Assembly (NCBI RefSeq): GCF_018977255.1
Contig: NW_024704743.1
Location: 50,470,001 to 50,534,000 of the forward strand
Direction of reading: 5' to 3'
DNA length: 64,000 nucleotides
Source of the DNA: Callorhinchus milii
Taxonomy: Eukaryota
Shown: one piece after another, positions 35,701-49,540 of the stretch
Position numbering within the stretch: position 1 is the stretch's first letter
Layout: the number at the start of each line of letters is the position of its first letter
Translations under genes and position numbers: made by a program
The notes under the pieces: generated by a model
Seen by the model: the letters and a program-made list of their open reading frames with translations, nothing else
Databases searched by the model: none
What the model was told of the DNA's origin: nothing

Positions 35701-38700
35701 ATGCAGCCTACATTTTTTTAAATGGCGTCCTCTATATTTAACCATAAATATGCAAATTACTTACAGCACTAAAACATCACCATCTACTGTCACATATCAC
35801 ATTCACTGCATGACTCAGAGTGCAATAAAAGAAGATTTCTGTCTTTTGCTGAATCCAGGGAGTCTCTATAATACTTCTCTAAGCACTACGTACTGTATAG
35901 CTATGAAAGAGAAGGGAGATTCTCCCAGTGCCCTGGCCAACAATCTGCAATATAAAATTGGGCGTTTCATAACTGTTTGTGGGACACTACTATGTCCCAA
36001 TTGGCTGTTATGTCTGGTCACAAAACTTTACAGTATATCCTGTGAAGGGCTCTTGATGTAAAAAGCACTATACCAAATGCAAGGATTAATATTATTAATA
36101 ATAATAAAATGTATGGGGCCCTAAATTCAACCTAATTTAGCTTGTAAGATTGTTTTATCTTAGACTTTAAAATCATCCAGAATTTTGGAATTTTTTTCAT
36201 TTTAATTTGGAGGCTGGTTCTTTTTAAGTGCCATGGAAAACCAATTTCTAAATAAAGCCTTAAATTTAGAATTTCCACTAATTCTGTGCGATCTTAAATT
36301 TTAAGAGAAACTAGTTTTACAGGGAAAGAGTATGTGGAATTTCAGGCTTTATCCATCCTCACATGGGCTGAAATTTAGTTGTTATTGAAAGGCCACTGAA
36401 GCCATTATTTACTAGGACAATAAAAAACTGAAAAACTAATTGAACTCATTTTCTCCCTTTATCCAGGTGCAAAACCATTATTAAAATTTAAAATGACTTA
36501 TTTTCTAAGAAGCACTGGAGAACATTTCACTCAGTGCCTTGATCTTGTTTTAATGAGAGTGCTGAATGCTTATATCCTTCATGTCACACTGTACATGGCT
36601 GGGCTGCCCCATTAAGCTTCATTATTCCCCAAGAGCTTTGTTTGGTGAGTCTGGTTTTGTGGGGAAAGTTATTAGATTCTTCTCTTTAATCCAGATCTTG
36701 GTACATTTCAATCTTGTTATCACTGTTGCCTGGGCACCTTGTTCAGGGGATAACATTGCAGAATGTAAAACAACACTGAGGAATACAGAGCATTGAGGAA
36801 AGTAACACTGCAAGTGGGTTTAGCAAGAGAAGGCCAAAGCAAAGGTGTGCAGTGAACTGAGACGAAAACCTGAGCCAATCTGATTTGGATGAGATCAAAG
36901 CACATCAAGACAGAAGAAAACTGTTGACTTAATACAACTCAGCTTAGCTGGAATGGAACTGGAGAAGAAACTATGTAGAAACAATGGATTCAGCCCTTCG
37001 CCCTTAAAAATTTAAATGTCAGTTGTTAGCATGAATGTGACAATTCATGTGGTCTGCAAACGGAGACATTTGGCAACCTGCTTGACCTAATTTATTCTGA
37101 CATTTATTTTACATATGACGTAATGTCTTCTTTGTTTTCTGATTATGGCATTGGACATATTTTTGGATCAAACTAAACCAGTAAAGTGAATGAAGTCTGG
37201 TCGACCCACTCCTAATTTGAAAACCGTGGCTTAACGTGTAACACAATGGTATAATAAAGCGGTCAATGTGACCGCAAATTAACAGCAGTTCTGCAGTTGG
37301 CATTGCTCTGTGGTAGTGATGCTCGTTGCATTAGTTGTAAATTTACAATTTGCTTGTAATGCCATCATTACACTCTTCACTTTGTTTCAAACAAAATCAC
37401 ACCCATTGCATCGCAAGAAAAAACATTTGACTGGGACTTGGCTCAGGAGGAGTAATGCCAATGAACATGGTGGCTCAGCATCCAGGGGAAGCAGGTAAAG
37501 TTTCAGGCTGACCAAAAACTGTTAAACATTTTGCTGCTTGCAATATTTGAATTTTGCAATGAGATTTGTCTCCTTCCAAAATTCTGCCCTGAACCTCCGG
37601 AGTTCACTGCCTCAATCCCTCTGCCTCCAAACTCTTTGCTCATCTTAAAATCACACGTGAAATTTTCCTCTTCGACCCTGCTAAAAGTAACTTCATCTTT
37701 CTTCCCAGCTCAGTATAAAACTATGCCATTGTTAAGCATTGCAAGACACCATCCCACATGAAATTGCTATATAAATGCAAGTTGTTGCTAGTGGTGAAAC
37801 ACAGAGATTCATAAATGCAATGAAAGCTTTTTTACTCCAATGTCCATCCCCTTCTGAAGGTGTTTGATTACTTTCTCTTCCAATGGGGCATGACTCTGGG
37901 AATATGCCCAAGTAACCATTATGTATATTTGAGACACGACAATAAGTTTTGACAAGCTATTTGATCATGGAAGCATCACAGACAAGTTTGATCATGTACT
38001 CATCTAAAGTCCACATACTCGCACTTTATAGCAGGAGTCTTTGAATACTGATCAGGCCCTAACTTATTTTCCTCTCCCTAACTCAGGCCCTTGGTTACAT
38101 TCCAACAGCTGCCCAGCTGAGATCAGCTAACCCAGCACAGATTCAAACTTGTAGCCACCCAGTCTATCTGACTCACTTTACAGTAATTTAATAAAACATA
38201 TCATAAACACTGAGGAAAATACTATTAACATGGAACTGAAGGCCTATTGTCAGTACTTTTTTATTATTGGCACTTTGTTTCTGGCAGTCAAGCAGATAAA
38301 GTCAAATACAGGAATCATGGACAGCGCCATAAACTTTAACCAAATGTCTCCCTATCAAAGAACATAGATGAACAGTGTCATTCAATGGGGAGAAGTGGGT
38401 AAACATACACTGCTGCAAAATTATAAAATCTATACGATTATTTTATCAATTTCATCTCCCTACCACTCCCAAAAATGAAGAATAAAATAATTTCAGCCTG
38501 GCACAGTTGGTAGCGCTCTCGCCTTGAGTTGAGATTGCAGGTTCAAATTCTATGTTTTGTAGTCAAAGCTGACACTCCATTGGAGGAGCACTGCAATATG
38601 GGAGATGATGTCCTTTGGATGGGACTTTAAAACAAGTCTGTCTGTTCACGTAAATGTTAAAGATCTTATGGCATGATTCATACAGAGAACAAAGTTTCTG

Positions 38701-40065
38701 CCAGTTTCCTGGCCAACAATTCCCCAGATAAAATTGGGTTATCTCATAGTTGCTTGTGGGACATTGTTGAGGGCAAATTGACTGTCATATTTGCCTATAA
38801 GTACACAGTCACCACATCACACATTGAAAAATCCTGTGAATTGTTATGAGATTTCCAATGATGTGATAAGGTGCTGTATGAAATGCAAGGATTATTATAA
38901 TTTGGCATAGCAGTTCAACACAATGTATCTATGGTTTCACATGGGAGTTGATAAAACTATAATAATGATTGTGACCTCAGGGGAGGAAGGCTCATGAGGC
39001 AGAGTCTGGTGCATCTTAAAAGAGGTGACCACACCCAAAGTCTCTCTCTTCTCTCTGGGCTGCAGGGAGGAGGTTCTGACCCAGGGAAATGAGGCTATGA
39101 GGCTTTAGCCTGAGATTTGGTAATGTTTAGAGCAGAGGAGGATTGTGAGGCTATGGTATATAAGAGGGGTTTTAGGACACTGATTGCAAACCCAGGTGCC
39201 TCAACCAATCTGCGGTTGCATTCTGTGTGTTGCTGTTGAGTTATTAAAGATTCTCCCCCGAGAGATTAAATCTATGTTGTTTGATTTGTGAGTCTGTGTG
39301 TGTCCATATCTGCCTGGCTTGGGAAGGAAGGTGGGGGTGGGGGTGCACTTTCGGTCATCTTTCCTGACTCCACCCAACTCGCCTCCCACCACAGCTCGGG
39401 TGCCCATCAAGCTTTGTCGAGTGCTTGGCAATTAGAGACTAACATTTTCATTTTGATACATAAATATTGGAGAGCAGCATCTTTTTTCTATAATATTTAC
39501 AAATTGCAACAATATCTCCTGAGAGCCTGGCGCTCCCCCGTGCCAAACATGAGAGCTGTGATTCTGAAAGGCGTAATAAGCCTGTTGCAGAATTCCAAAT
39601 GTGCATGAACACAGCTGTTAAGGATCCCCAGCAAAAGTGGAGATAATTACCAAGATTCACAAAGGGATTCGCATAACAAATCCTGAAGTTTCCCAAATGA
39701 TCCAGGGCAGCGCTAAACTGGGACGGCTGTCCTGAGATTCCTGCCTTATTTACTCAGCTCTACGTTATTGCTAAGATTAGAAAACATGAGAATGTCAGTC
39801 CCTTTTTGACTAAAATTACAATGGAAACAGTTTTTTCTTGGTGGGAATATTAGGGTTAGGGCTAAATCTTATTGTTCCCTCTTGCCCCATCAGTTGATGG
39901 CACTCGCTCCTTTGACTCAGAAGATTGTGGGTTCAAGCGCCATATTGGGACTTGTAACCCATCTAGTCTTGGCTAAGGAACTGCTATTCATTGGATGAGA
40001 TGTTAAACTGAGGTGACGTCTGCCTGTTTACGTAGACGTTAAAACATTTTTTGGCATCAGCCGGG

Positions 40066-40430
40066 TGTCTGACACATGCGGAAACCCATCGCAATGCTTA
40101 AGAGTATCCAAACCATACTGAGATTTCCATGCATTCCACCTACACATGGAAATCCCAGAGATAGATTGTTGGAATAGAATGCGCACTCTCTCCCTGGAGG
40201 GATGTATCTGGCTTACCTAATTCCAGAAAGTATTAGGCACAGGTTGGCCAGCGCGAAGGCTTGGGGACCCCAGACTGTACGTTGGAGTAATGCTTGAGTC
40301 CAACCAGCTAAAACCGCAAAGCTTGCCATTGATATCACTGTCTGGCAAGCTTTCCCACTGCTTGTCCAGCCAGCACCATCCTAACCATTAGGACCTTAGC
40401 TTGCAGAGTTAACAGGAACTGAGGAAGGAT
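40066..40430 (+). repeat. Unclassified interspersed repeat, family X (copies ~41410-41560, 43530-43740, 51985-52215 on plus; 17760-17907 joined to 18447-18630 on minus; 14990-15060)
   Basis: Shared strings such as ATGCTTAAGAGTATCCAAAC, ACAGGTTGGC, CAGCTAAAAC, CTGGCAAGCTTTCCCACTGCTTGTCCAGC. Confidence 0.7.
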
Positions 40431-42099
40431 TCCCTGCCCCCAGTGACTGGTATGCCCTTCCAGGTCTTGCCAATGATCCAAGCTGGCTTTGCTGACATCA
40501 GAAGTGCCCCGGAATATTGTGGACCCACCTGGTTCAGGAACCGGCATTTCTAGACATTTTGACTAGAACATTGCAAGAAACTCATTTCCCTTTTTGAATA
40601 GCGCTATAGGATCTTTTGCACTCATCTGAACCCCCCGTTGCCCTGGCCAACAATCCCCTCAATAAAATTGGTTATTAATTCCATAGTTGTTTTGAGGGAC
40701 GTTGCTGTGTGCAAATTGGCTGCTGCATTCACCCTCAAAATAAAGAGTCATTGCACTTTATAGTATATCCTGTGAAACGCTTTGAAGCTTCTCGATGTGA
40801 TGCGGCACTGTATGAAATGCAAGGAATATTATTACTGTGTTATAATATTCTTATTTACACCTTGTAATACTCAGCTGTTGTTGCTTTGTATGCTTCTGAA
40901 CCTCTTTTTTAGTGCATGCCTGACTGTGGAGTATTGACCAAGTTGGAATTTAATACTTTCTCTCTCTGTTCTCAAATGAAAGAAAGCAATGGAGTGCTAT
41001 TAGAAAATAGGATTTCCTAGTTTCTATATTACAAATGAAATCCTCTTTTAAAATAGAACTATTTAACATGAATTATTAGTCCCACAAGTTGTTTTTCTTC
41101 TTGTTCATCATGCCCTGACTTTATTTGGCAGCAGGGTTTGGTGCCACGATCAAATCCCACAATCCGAAAATCCAAATTTTCATGACCTTGAGATAATTAT
41201 TTCAAAATTTGATATTGTTCAGAATTTTAGAAAATCATTATATTCAGTTTTAACCTGGAAGTTGGTTTTCCACAGGTTTCAAAAAAATCTTACAAAGGGC
41301 TGAGGAAAAATTCTGTGTGAACTTAAATTATAACACAATGATCCTAAGCTTAATAAATCTAAGGTTTCTGGAGCTCACTATGTGGAGGATTGTCACATTA
41401 CCCCTTTGGCAAGAGCCAAGATCTTAAGACTCTAGAGTTGGACTACTGAGGGTGTTTAACCAGCTAAAACTGCTTGCCATTGAAAGCACTCTCTGGCTTG
41501 CTTTCCCACTGCTTGTCCAGCTAGGATCACCCTAACCAATAGGGCTTCAGTCGCTGGGATTCAGCACATATACATAAACTTATTGTGATTTGTTTTGTAA
41601 CAAAATCCAGGGTTGGACAATACAGAGGTGTATCTTGGAGGAATATGTCCAACACATCTGTTAATCCTTCTGCCCTGTCCAGTGTTTAATCACAATGTTT
41701 CGCTGTTATGGTGACCAGATGTCTTATTAAAACCATTTTAAATGTGAGAACATGATGAAACTTGTCAAACAGGAAGATAAGGTGAGAATCAATCATGTTA
41801 CTAGCTACAGAATGAAATTCTCAAACTCTTCAGGCCATGTAGCTGCACATAATACATATTTGCGACCAATAATATTAAACTCAAATTACTGCTAAGCACA
41901 TGGCTGTATGTGAGACTGCACTGTGTGGAAACTGACTGCCATATTTGCCTACTTTAAGCATGGCAGTGAGTGTCACAATTTGTCATGATTCTGCACAGGG
42001 AGCATTTTTAATTCATTACATTCCTAAATTGTGCTGCCAAATCTAGGGTAGATATTTGCCACGATTAAGAGTTGTGTAACTTTTCAAGAAAATGATAAT

Positions 42100-42530
42100 A
42101 ATTGTTGCATTTGGTAGAACTCATTCATGTCAGGAGGACTTCTAAAAGTACTTCACAGGATTTACTGTAATGTGTAATGGCTGTGTATTTTGTAGGCAAA
42201 TATGACAGCCAATTTGCGCACAACAAAGTCCCACAAACAGCTATGAAGTGAACAACCAATTGTATTTGGGAACATTCTGACTAGAACATTGAGAGAAACT
42301 CACTTTGCTTTTTGAGCAGTGATATAGGATCTTTAGCATCCACCTGAACAGGCAGACAGACCTTGGTTTAATGTTTCATCTGAAGGATGGTACCTCCGAC
42401 AATCCAGTGCTCCCCCAGCACTGCAATGGAATGTCAGCCTAGACTATATGAGTTCAAAGTCTTGATATGGGCTTGAATCCATTTACACTTCTGGAGTAGA
42501 GGCGAGAGTGCTCCCAACTGAAACAGACTG
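42100..42530 (-). mobile_element. Older, longer Deu-type SINE (related copies ~870-1040 -, 5110-5460 +, 38495-38900 +, 39890-40055 +, 46965-47360 +, 48760-49200 +, 57780-58130 +)
   Basis: tRNA-like head, GGCTGACATTCCA..GCAGTGCTGGGGGAGCACTG, GATGAAACATTAAACCAAGG, GTTCAGGTGGATG.TAAAGATCC, Deu-like core, same tail type. Confidence 0.8.
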
Positions 42531-44199
42531 ACAAATAAAACTGACCTTAGATTGTTTTTACATTTGAAACCTACCTTCTTAAATTGAAAAGTTCTTTTCT
42601 TGCTCTAAATGCTTAAAAATGGAAAAAATGGGACATACATATGTATATATATAATATAAGGTAGACAACCAGTTCTGTATTCACATTTGTGAAGTTCTCA
42701 CTCTCTCCCCATCCCAGCAATCAGTCTTTTCTTGATGTGAGAATGTTACTCCGGCTGTTTTAATTTGATTAAAATGGATGTTTAATGGGGTGTGAATATG
42801 CTGTTTGTTATTGAACCTAGCCTGACTATTTCGCATTATCTCTAAGTAAGATTTCTTATTCCCCACTTGTCACTCAGCACAGGATGTTCAGAAGTAATAA
42901 TGCTTGTTATTTTAGGTAGGCTTGGCAGTTTCTTTGGTTTCTTTTAATGATTCTGTGGCATTTAAGTAAATGCATTTTTAAACACAAGACATATTGTGCA
43001 GCCCTGATGACCCCCATTACTCTCTGCTTACTTTAGTTCAGTCTCTGTGTAGCCTCTATCAAGACACCTCTGGCCTGTCAAACAATGAACTTATGCCAAC
43101 ATGAAATCATATTTCGCAATAAGACATGAAAGTCAAAGATTGGAGTCTGGCTGAGAACACAAGACCTGAAATGTCATCCAGTCTTAGCATTTTTTGCCTT
43201 AAAATGTCAGATTGCGCAGGGTTGTGGAAACAATTTAAATCACTTCATTTGGAAGCCAATGATTTTTAACAAGGGCAGAAAAACAGCTTCCAAAATCAAA
43301 CTGAATTTAAAACTTTTATACGGTTCTCCACAATCTTAAAAGTTAAAGAAAAAGTTGGACTTACAGGTAAGACAAGGTGGAATTTTGGGCCTACAGTAAA
43401 GGTAGAGCTTTTCCTTTGTTGTTCTCCATGATTCTTGGTGTGTGATATATATTCTATTATGAAATTGTGTTAAGAACAGTTAACTCCAGTTGATAAGCTA
43501 CCAACAGTATAGGCTCTAGTTTTTTGGGGTCAGCTGGGTATCCAACACATATGGACATCCATTACCATGCTAAAGAGCATTGAAATCAGATAGAGTTCCC
43601 TGTACACTTGCTACACATAAAAATGTCCCTGTGTCTGGAACAGAATGCACATGCTCTCTGGAGAAGCACAGCCACGTACCGAAATCTAGAGAGTATAAGG
43701 CACAGGTTGATGAGAGCCAAGGGTTTGGGGACTCAATTGCAAGGATTTGTATTATTACATTCTATTTAGGCTGCAATCATATCTTTCCTATGACTATGAG
43801 GTAGAAATAGGATGGTATATTCTGTGAAAGCTTGTGTTTTAATGGAGGGTTTTGACTTATCCCTATGAATGCTGGGACAGGTACAGACCTTAAAAAGATT
43901 CCTTAAAACGGTGCCTTGGGATGTCCTTCCAATGTGAAAGGCACTGTATAAATGTAATCTGTTGTGGTTGTTGTTCTTGGCTTTCATCATTTGTGAGAAG
44001 GAGAGCGAATAGAGCTGAATGTTACTTCACGTGGAAGGGCAGGTGCAGCAAGTCGGCTAAGAGTCAACCATGCTGGAGAGAAAAGACAAATGGTCTGCAA
44101 ATTATATTTTGAGTGATTCTGGGGCAAACACAGATGGCATTTTGACCCATTTTATCTCACGCTGCCATCCTCCGATTAGAGTTTTTTTTTAAATAAGTC

Positions 44200-45360
44200 C
44201 AGTGTTCTGGCTTTAACCATCCTTCCCACTAACCAGTTCCAGTTGTTAATTACCCTCTAAGAGAAATACCTTCTGGTCTCTGTCCTGAACTTGCCCTTTG
44301 TAAACCTAAACCTCTTGTTTCTCTGTCTCAGCATAACAGAAAGTGATGTTCTGAGTCTATTTCTTCAATCCCATTTAAAATCTTATACATCTCTATAAAA
44401 TCCCATTTGAGGCATCGCTTTCAAGACTGAAGAGCCTTAGCTTACTACATGACAAGATTATAAGATTGGTCAGAATGAAAAAGGCCCTTCAGCCCATCTG
44501 ATCTCAACCCTCTGGAACACCCACCCTATGATCGCTGCATCAAGCTGTTTATGAAATAAGTTCAGTGTCTTGGTCTCTACCACCTTTCCTGGCAACCTGT
44601 TCCAGTCATGAATTACCCTCTGCATTAGGCAAACTTCTTGGTATATGTCCTGAAAATGCCCTTTACAACTCAAAACTATGCCCTCTTGTTCTATTCTCAT
44701 GATACATCCTAATATAATGATCTGAGTTTATTTTTCAATCCCATTTAAAATGTTTTATGCCTACAAGGTCCTCTCTGAGTTGTCTTCTCTCAAGACCAAA
44801 GAAACCTAGCTTGTCTAGTCACAGATCATGGCACTTCCTTCTTTCACTGGAGATCATCCCCATTGCTCTCCTCTGCACCACTGGGTAAGCCCTCTTTTGT
44901 CACGATAATCTGACCTGTATGCAGACCCAAGGACTTTATAGCTTGAGTATAATCTCTAGGGATTTGAGCTCCTTCTGGGAATTTGGCAATATAACCCAGC
45001 ATCCAGTTTGCCTTGTTTATTTCTGCATCACATTATCTTGACACAGTGAACAACAAGTTAATCAATTCCTTCCAATCTCTTTCAGCTTCCCATTCAGCAA
45101 GTTTTAGCCCATCCAAGGAGTACATGTACCTCCTATTCTTGCTTCTTGCAGTACATTCCATTTATCTGTAAAAACTTCATTTGCCAATCATTAGTTCAGG
45201 TGCTCCATCAAAATTTCTTTGTAAGAGCTTTGCTATCTTCTCTGATTACACAGTACCCCCCAATTTACCTTGCAATGAATCTGTGATTTCAGGTTGTAAA
45301 TATATACTGTATCAGAGGGTTAACTTAAGATCCTCACCCTGGGCTACTCTCCATAGTTTT
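44200..45360 (-). mobile_element. CR1-type LINE 3' fragments (two adjacent)
   Basis: QRVIHDWNRLPGKVVETKTLNLFHKQLD motif, typical of the CR1 ORF2 C-terminus. Confidence 0.8.
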
Positions 45361-48300
45361 TTGGGGTTGAGGAATTGAGTAATGAGGAAAATCAACTTTG
45401 AATTTAAGATATTTTTCTAAGATTCTGCACGATTGTAAATTTTAAGACAAAGATCTTGAGTGTAAAGAACATAATTTAAACAAATTGATAATAATTGTGC
45501 TAAAAACAATTTGATTAATCCTCAGATCTCATGAGTTTCACCTTGCTGTAAGGTGACAGATAGATTGAAGAATTTGCTATGCGCAAATTGATTGCTGCCA
45601 ACAAATATAAAGTCCCCACAATTCACACTAAATCCTGTGAAGCGCTTTGAGATGTTTCAATGATGTGATAAGGCATTATATCAAATACAAGGATTATTAC
45701 TTATAATTACTAACAAATGTTTGTGCGTACCAACAAACGGTACACTAAGGTACATTCAACAAAAAGGATCACAAAATGACAGCACTAGGACTCCAAGAGG
45801 AACAAACCACCACTTATATGAAGAGTGTTGTCACCTGCTGGTGTTCCTTAAAACGTTCTTAAATAAATTAAGGGATGGTTTAAGGAATACTGCAGTTTCT
45901 CCCCAGTCAGTGGAAGTAATGTTTTATTTTATTTCACAAACAGAAATGAGAGAGGCTCGTGAACATAGTTCCATCATATGATCCAGCCTTAAGTGATAAT
46001 ATACATGTGACTCAGACAGTGGTGTTATTATACAACATGACTCACATTACAGTGTTGTTGTGGCCATGTGACTGATGCTGCACTGTTATTGTACATGACT
46101 CATCTTGAGGGCTGATAGCAAGTTTTATTTAACAGATTATTCAGGGAAATCGGGTTCGCTGAACATATCATACATTAATACTAGATTACCCATTGCCTGT
46201 GCATCTTTAGTTGAAACCAGTAAATCAGTTTCAGACTGGATTAAATAGAAAGCCTTGGCTGGAAAGCAGACATACTATTTTTAAAACAAATCACGTGAGG
46301 CAGATGGATAGAAAACATGTTAATTTTAACTTGTGTGATGCTGACCGGACAGAATGGTTGTACATCGTCTGGGATACTATCCCTGGACCAACACGAACCA
46401 GATCAGATTTGGGAGCATTGCTGCCCTCTCTCCTTTGTTCACTTCCCCTTCATCTCTGCTCCCAAAACATCCAGTCCTATTCCCCAATCTGCACCCGAGT
46501 GTAGAACAATGCGAGTCGCGACTTATGCAACATTGTCTGTCTGCTGGCTGGCCAACAATCCCCGAAATAAAATTGGTCATTCACTTCATGGATTTTTGTG
46601 AGACATTGCTGTGTGCAAGTTGGCTGCTGCATCTGCCTATAAATACACAGTCACCCACTTCACAATAAAATCCTGTGAAGTGCTTTGAGATGTGTTGATG
46701 ACAGGTGATGATAAAGCTCTATATCAAATGTAAGAATTATTTATATCAATCTTATATAAGAAATTCTGATGTCCCACCTGATAGGAACATAGTATCAGGT
46801 CTAGGCCATTTTGTACCTTTTAGTACTTAGAAATCAAGCAATTCCTATCTGACCAGGCAAAACAGCCCAAAGGAAACAGACATTTTCAACTCCTCACGTA
46901 AACATACAGGCACACTGCTCCACAGAGTTATTGCATAAGTGAGGCTGTATATTTAATACAAATATCAGCCTGGCTCAGTTGGTAGCATTCTCTGAGTTAG
47001 AAAGTTGTGGGTTCAAGCCCTACATTGAGACTTGAACTCACAGTCCAGGCTGACGTTCCAATGCAGTGCGAAGGGCGTGCTGCATTATCCTTCAGATGAG
47101 ATGTTAAACCAACGTCATGCCTGTCTGTTCACGAGGACGTTAAAGATAAAATTGACCATTTACTTCATGGCTGTTTGCTGTGCGTAAATTGGTAGCCGCA
47201 TTTATCTGTAAATACACAGTCTGACTCCACAGGGTAAGTGATAAAGTGAAGCTGTGTGTTTATTTCCATGTCTGCAGGTAAAAAGTAACTTGCAAAGTGT
47301 TTTGAGACATTTCGATGATGTGGTGAAGCGCTAAATCAAATGCAAGAATTATTATTATAAGCTAAAACGCGCTCAACCGTGAGTGAACTGTAACTCATGA
47401 CGAATGGGAGTTCATCTCTAACAGATGCACAGTCTCAACGTGCAATAAATTAAAAGCAAGGCAAATGAAAATTGCCCTAAGCTTGCCCTAAAAATTGCGC
47501 CCCTTCTAGCCCATGTAGATAGAACACTGCTCTGTGTTCTATTGTTGGAACAATAGTGGAAAGGTTGTGGTGGGGAAATCAAAACATTGCATATCTGTTG
47601 GGTATCCCAGAGGTACAGTTCTTATTGGGAAAGGTAGCGTGTAGATTAAAACAGTATTCAGCATGCTATTGGAGTGAATGTACAACTGTGCCTTTTGTGC
47701 ATCTTCATAGTGCTCCCTTTTCACAGGAGCATGAGTAAGCTCCTGGCATGCCTGCTAACACAAGTTCACTGCTGCACCCTTCTGACGTCTAAGCAAGCAC
47801 ATCTACAGCCAGTCAATGCGATCGAGACACTTTAGTAAATAGACCAGTCTTGAATAAGACTCTTATTCTCTGAGGGTAAACCATGAGAAATTCTTCAAAG
47901 TCTGGTTCCCGTTCCCTGCTTATTGATAGTGACTGGACAGAACCTCAGCAACACCCCATAACATGGCCCAAGCACTACACAGGGGAGACGTGCATCACAA
48001 TATGGAAACTCAATGAGCTCCAATGACATAGCCTTCACCCACTGGACTCTATCAAAACAAGCAATTACAATGACACACCCCAACGTCCCTATCACTCACC
48101 ATAAGTAGTCACCAGGGTCATTCTCTCACTCTCTAGCATACTGCAGCATGCAATTCATTTTGCACAAAGTACATGTAGACTATAAATTACAGAAGCATTG
48201 CAATAGAAGAACAATTTGATTATTATAGAAAAAGATTAAAGAAGTAACATTACCGACCAAAAGAAGATCACCCCTTCACTATCCGTTGTATGTTTTTCAA

Positions 48301-49234
48301 ACTTCTAGCCCACTCTAAAGCCAGACAGTCTGATTCAAAGCCAGACTGGTGGAAACCCTCCATCCACTCACACTCAGTTTGGTCTTGAAGAATAATACAC
48401 AAATTCAAAGGTGACATAGTACTAATATGAAACGTTCACTTGGAAAAAAATATTTCAGTGACCGTAGTCTGGCCTTGACAAGAAAGATAGCTTCTTCAAG
48501 TTTTTTTTCCCAGGTCGACTTTTGGACTCAGAAATAAAAACAGAGAATGCTGGAAATCCGCAGCAGGTCAATCGGCATGTGTACAAGAATGATAGGTTAG
48601 TATTTAAAGCACGACCCTTTGTTGGGAATTGGGATGGTGGGCTGGAAGAGCCACTGTGTATGATAGAGGATCGGAAGTAAAGACTGTGTCAATACTTTGA
48701 TGGGACACCGTAGTAAAGGTTATGACTGAAACCACAATATCCTTTGACTTTTCAGCACAAGTCTGCTACTATTGGCAGCACTCTCACCTTTGAGGCAAAA
48801 AGTTGTGTGTTCAATCCCCATTTTGATACTTTGAACTCACAAGTCGAGGGCAATACTCCAATGTCAAACTGGGGGAGTGCTGCATTGTCAGAGGTGCTGT
48901 CCTTTGGATGACATGTTAAACTGAGATCCCGTCTGCTTGTTCAGGTGAACATTAAAGATCACATATAACGACTTGAAAAGAGAAAGGAGTTTCTCCCAGT
49001 GTCCTGGCCAACAATCCTCCACATAAAATAGATCATACACTTCAAGGTTGTTTGTGGGACATTGTCATGCACAAATTCATTTCTACATTCGCCCACAAAA
49101 TACACAGTCAATATACTTTACACTTAGTCCTATGAAACACTTTGAGACGTCCCAATGACAAAATAAAGTGCTATATCAATTGCAAGGATTATTATTATAT
49201 CAAACACCATCTACTTATGTTCAACAAGAGCAAA

Positions 49235-49540
49235 ATTACGTTTCTACAGTGCCTTTCATGTCAGGAACTGAAGGCAATGGACAGTCCAGCTTTTGAACCC
49301 AAGCTAAGGGTAGGAGCCAAATCGGGTAAGAGGTAAGTGGAGTGGGGAGGGGAAAGATGATCGAAGGTGCAGACAAAGAGGAAAGTCTTAAGATCGACCT
49401 TGAAGAAGGTGAGGCAAAGGGACTCTGGAATGGAATTCTGGAGAGTAGGGGGCAGATAGACTGAAAGCCCAACTGTCGATGGTTGGTTGAAGTGGGTGGG
49501 GGACAGGAAGCAGGCCAGTACCTGCTGAGCAGAGGGAGTG
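49235..49540 (-). mobile_element. L2 3' fragment
   Basis: NSIPESLCL..FKVDLKTFLF plus tail. Confidence 0.75.
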
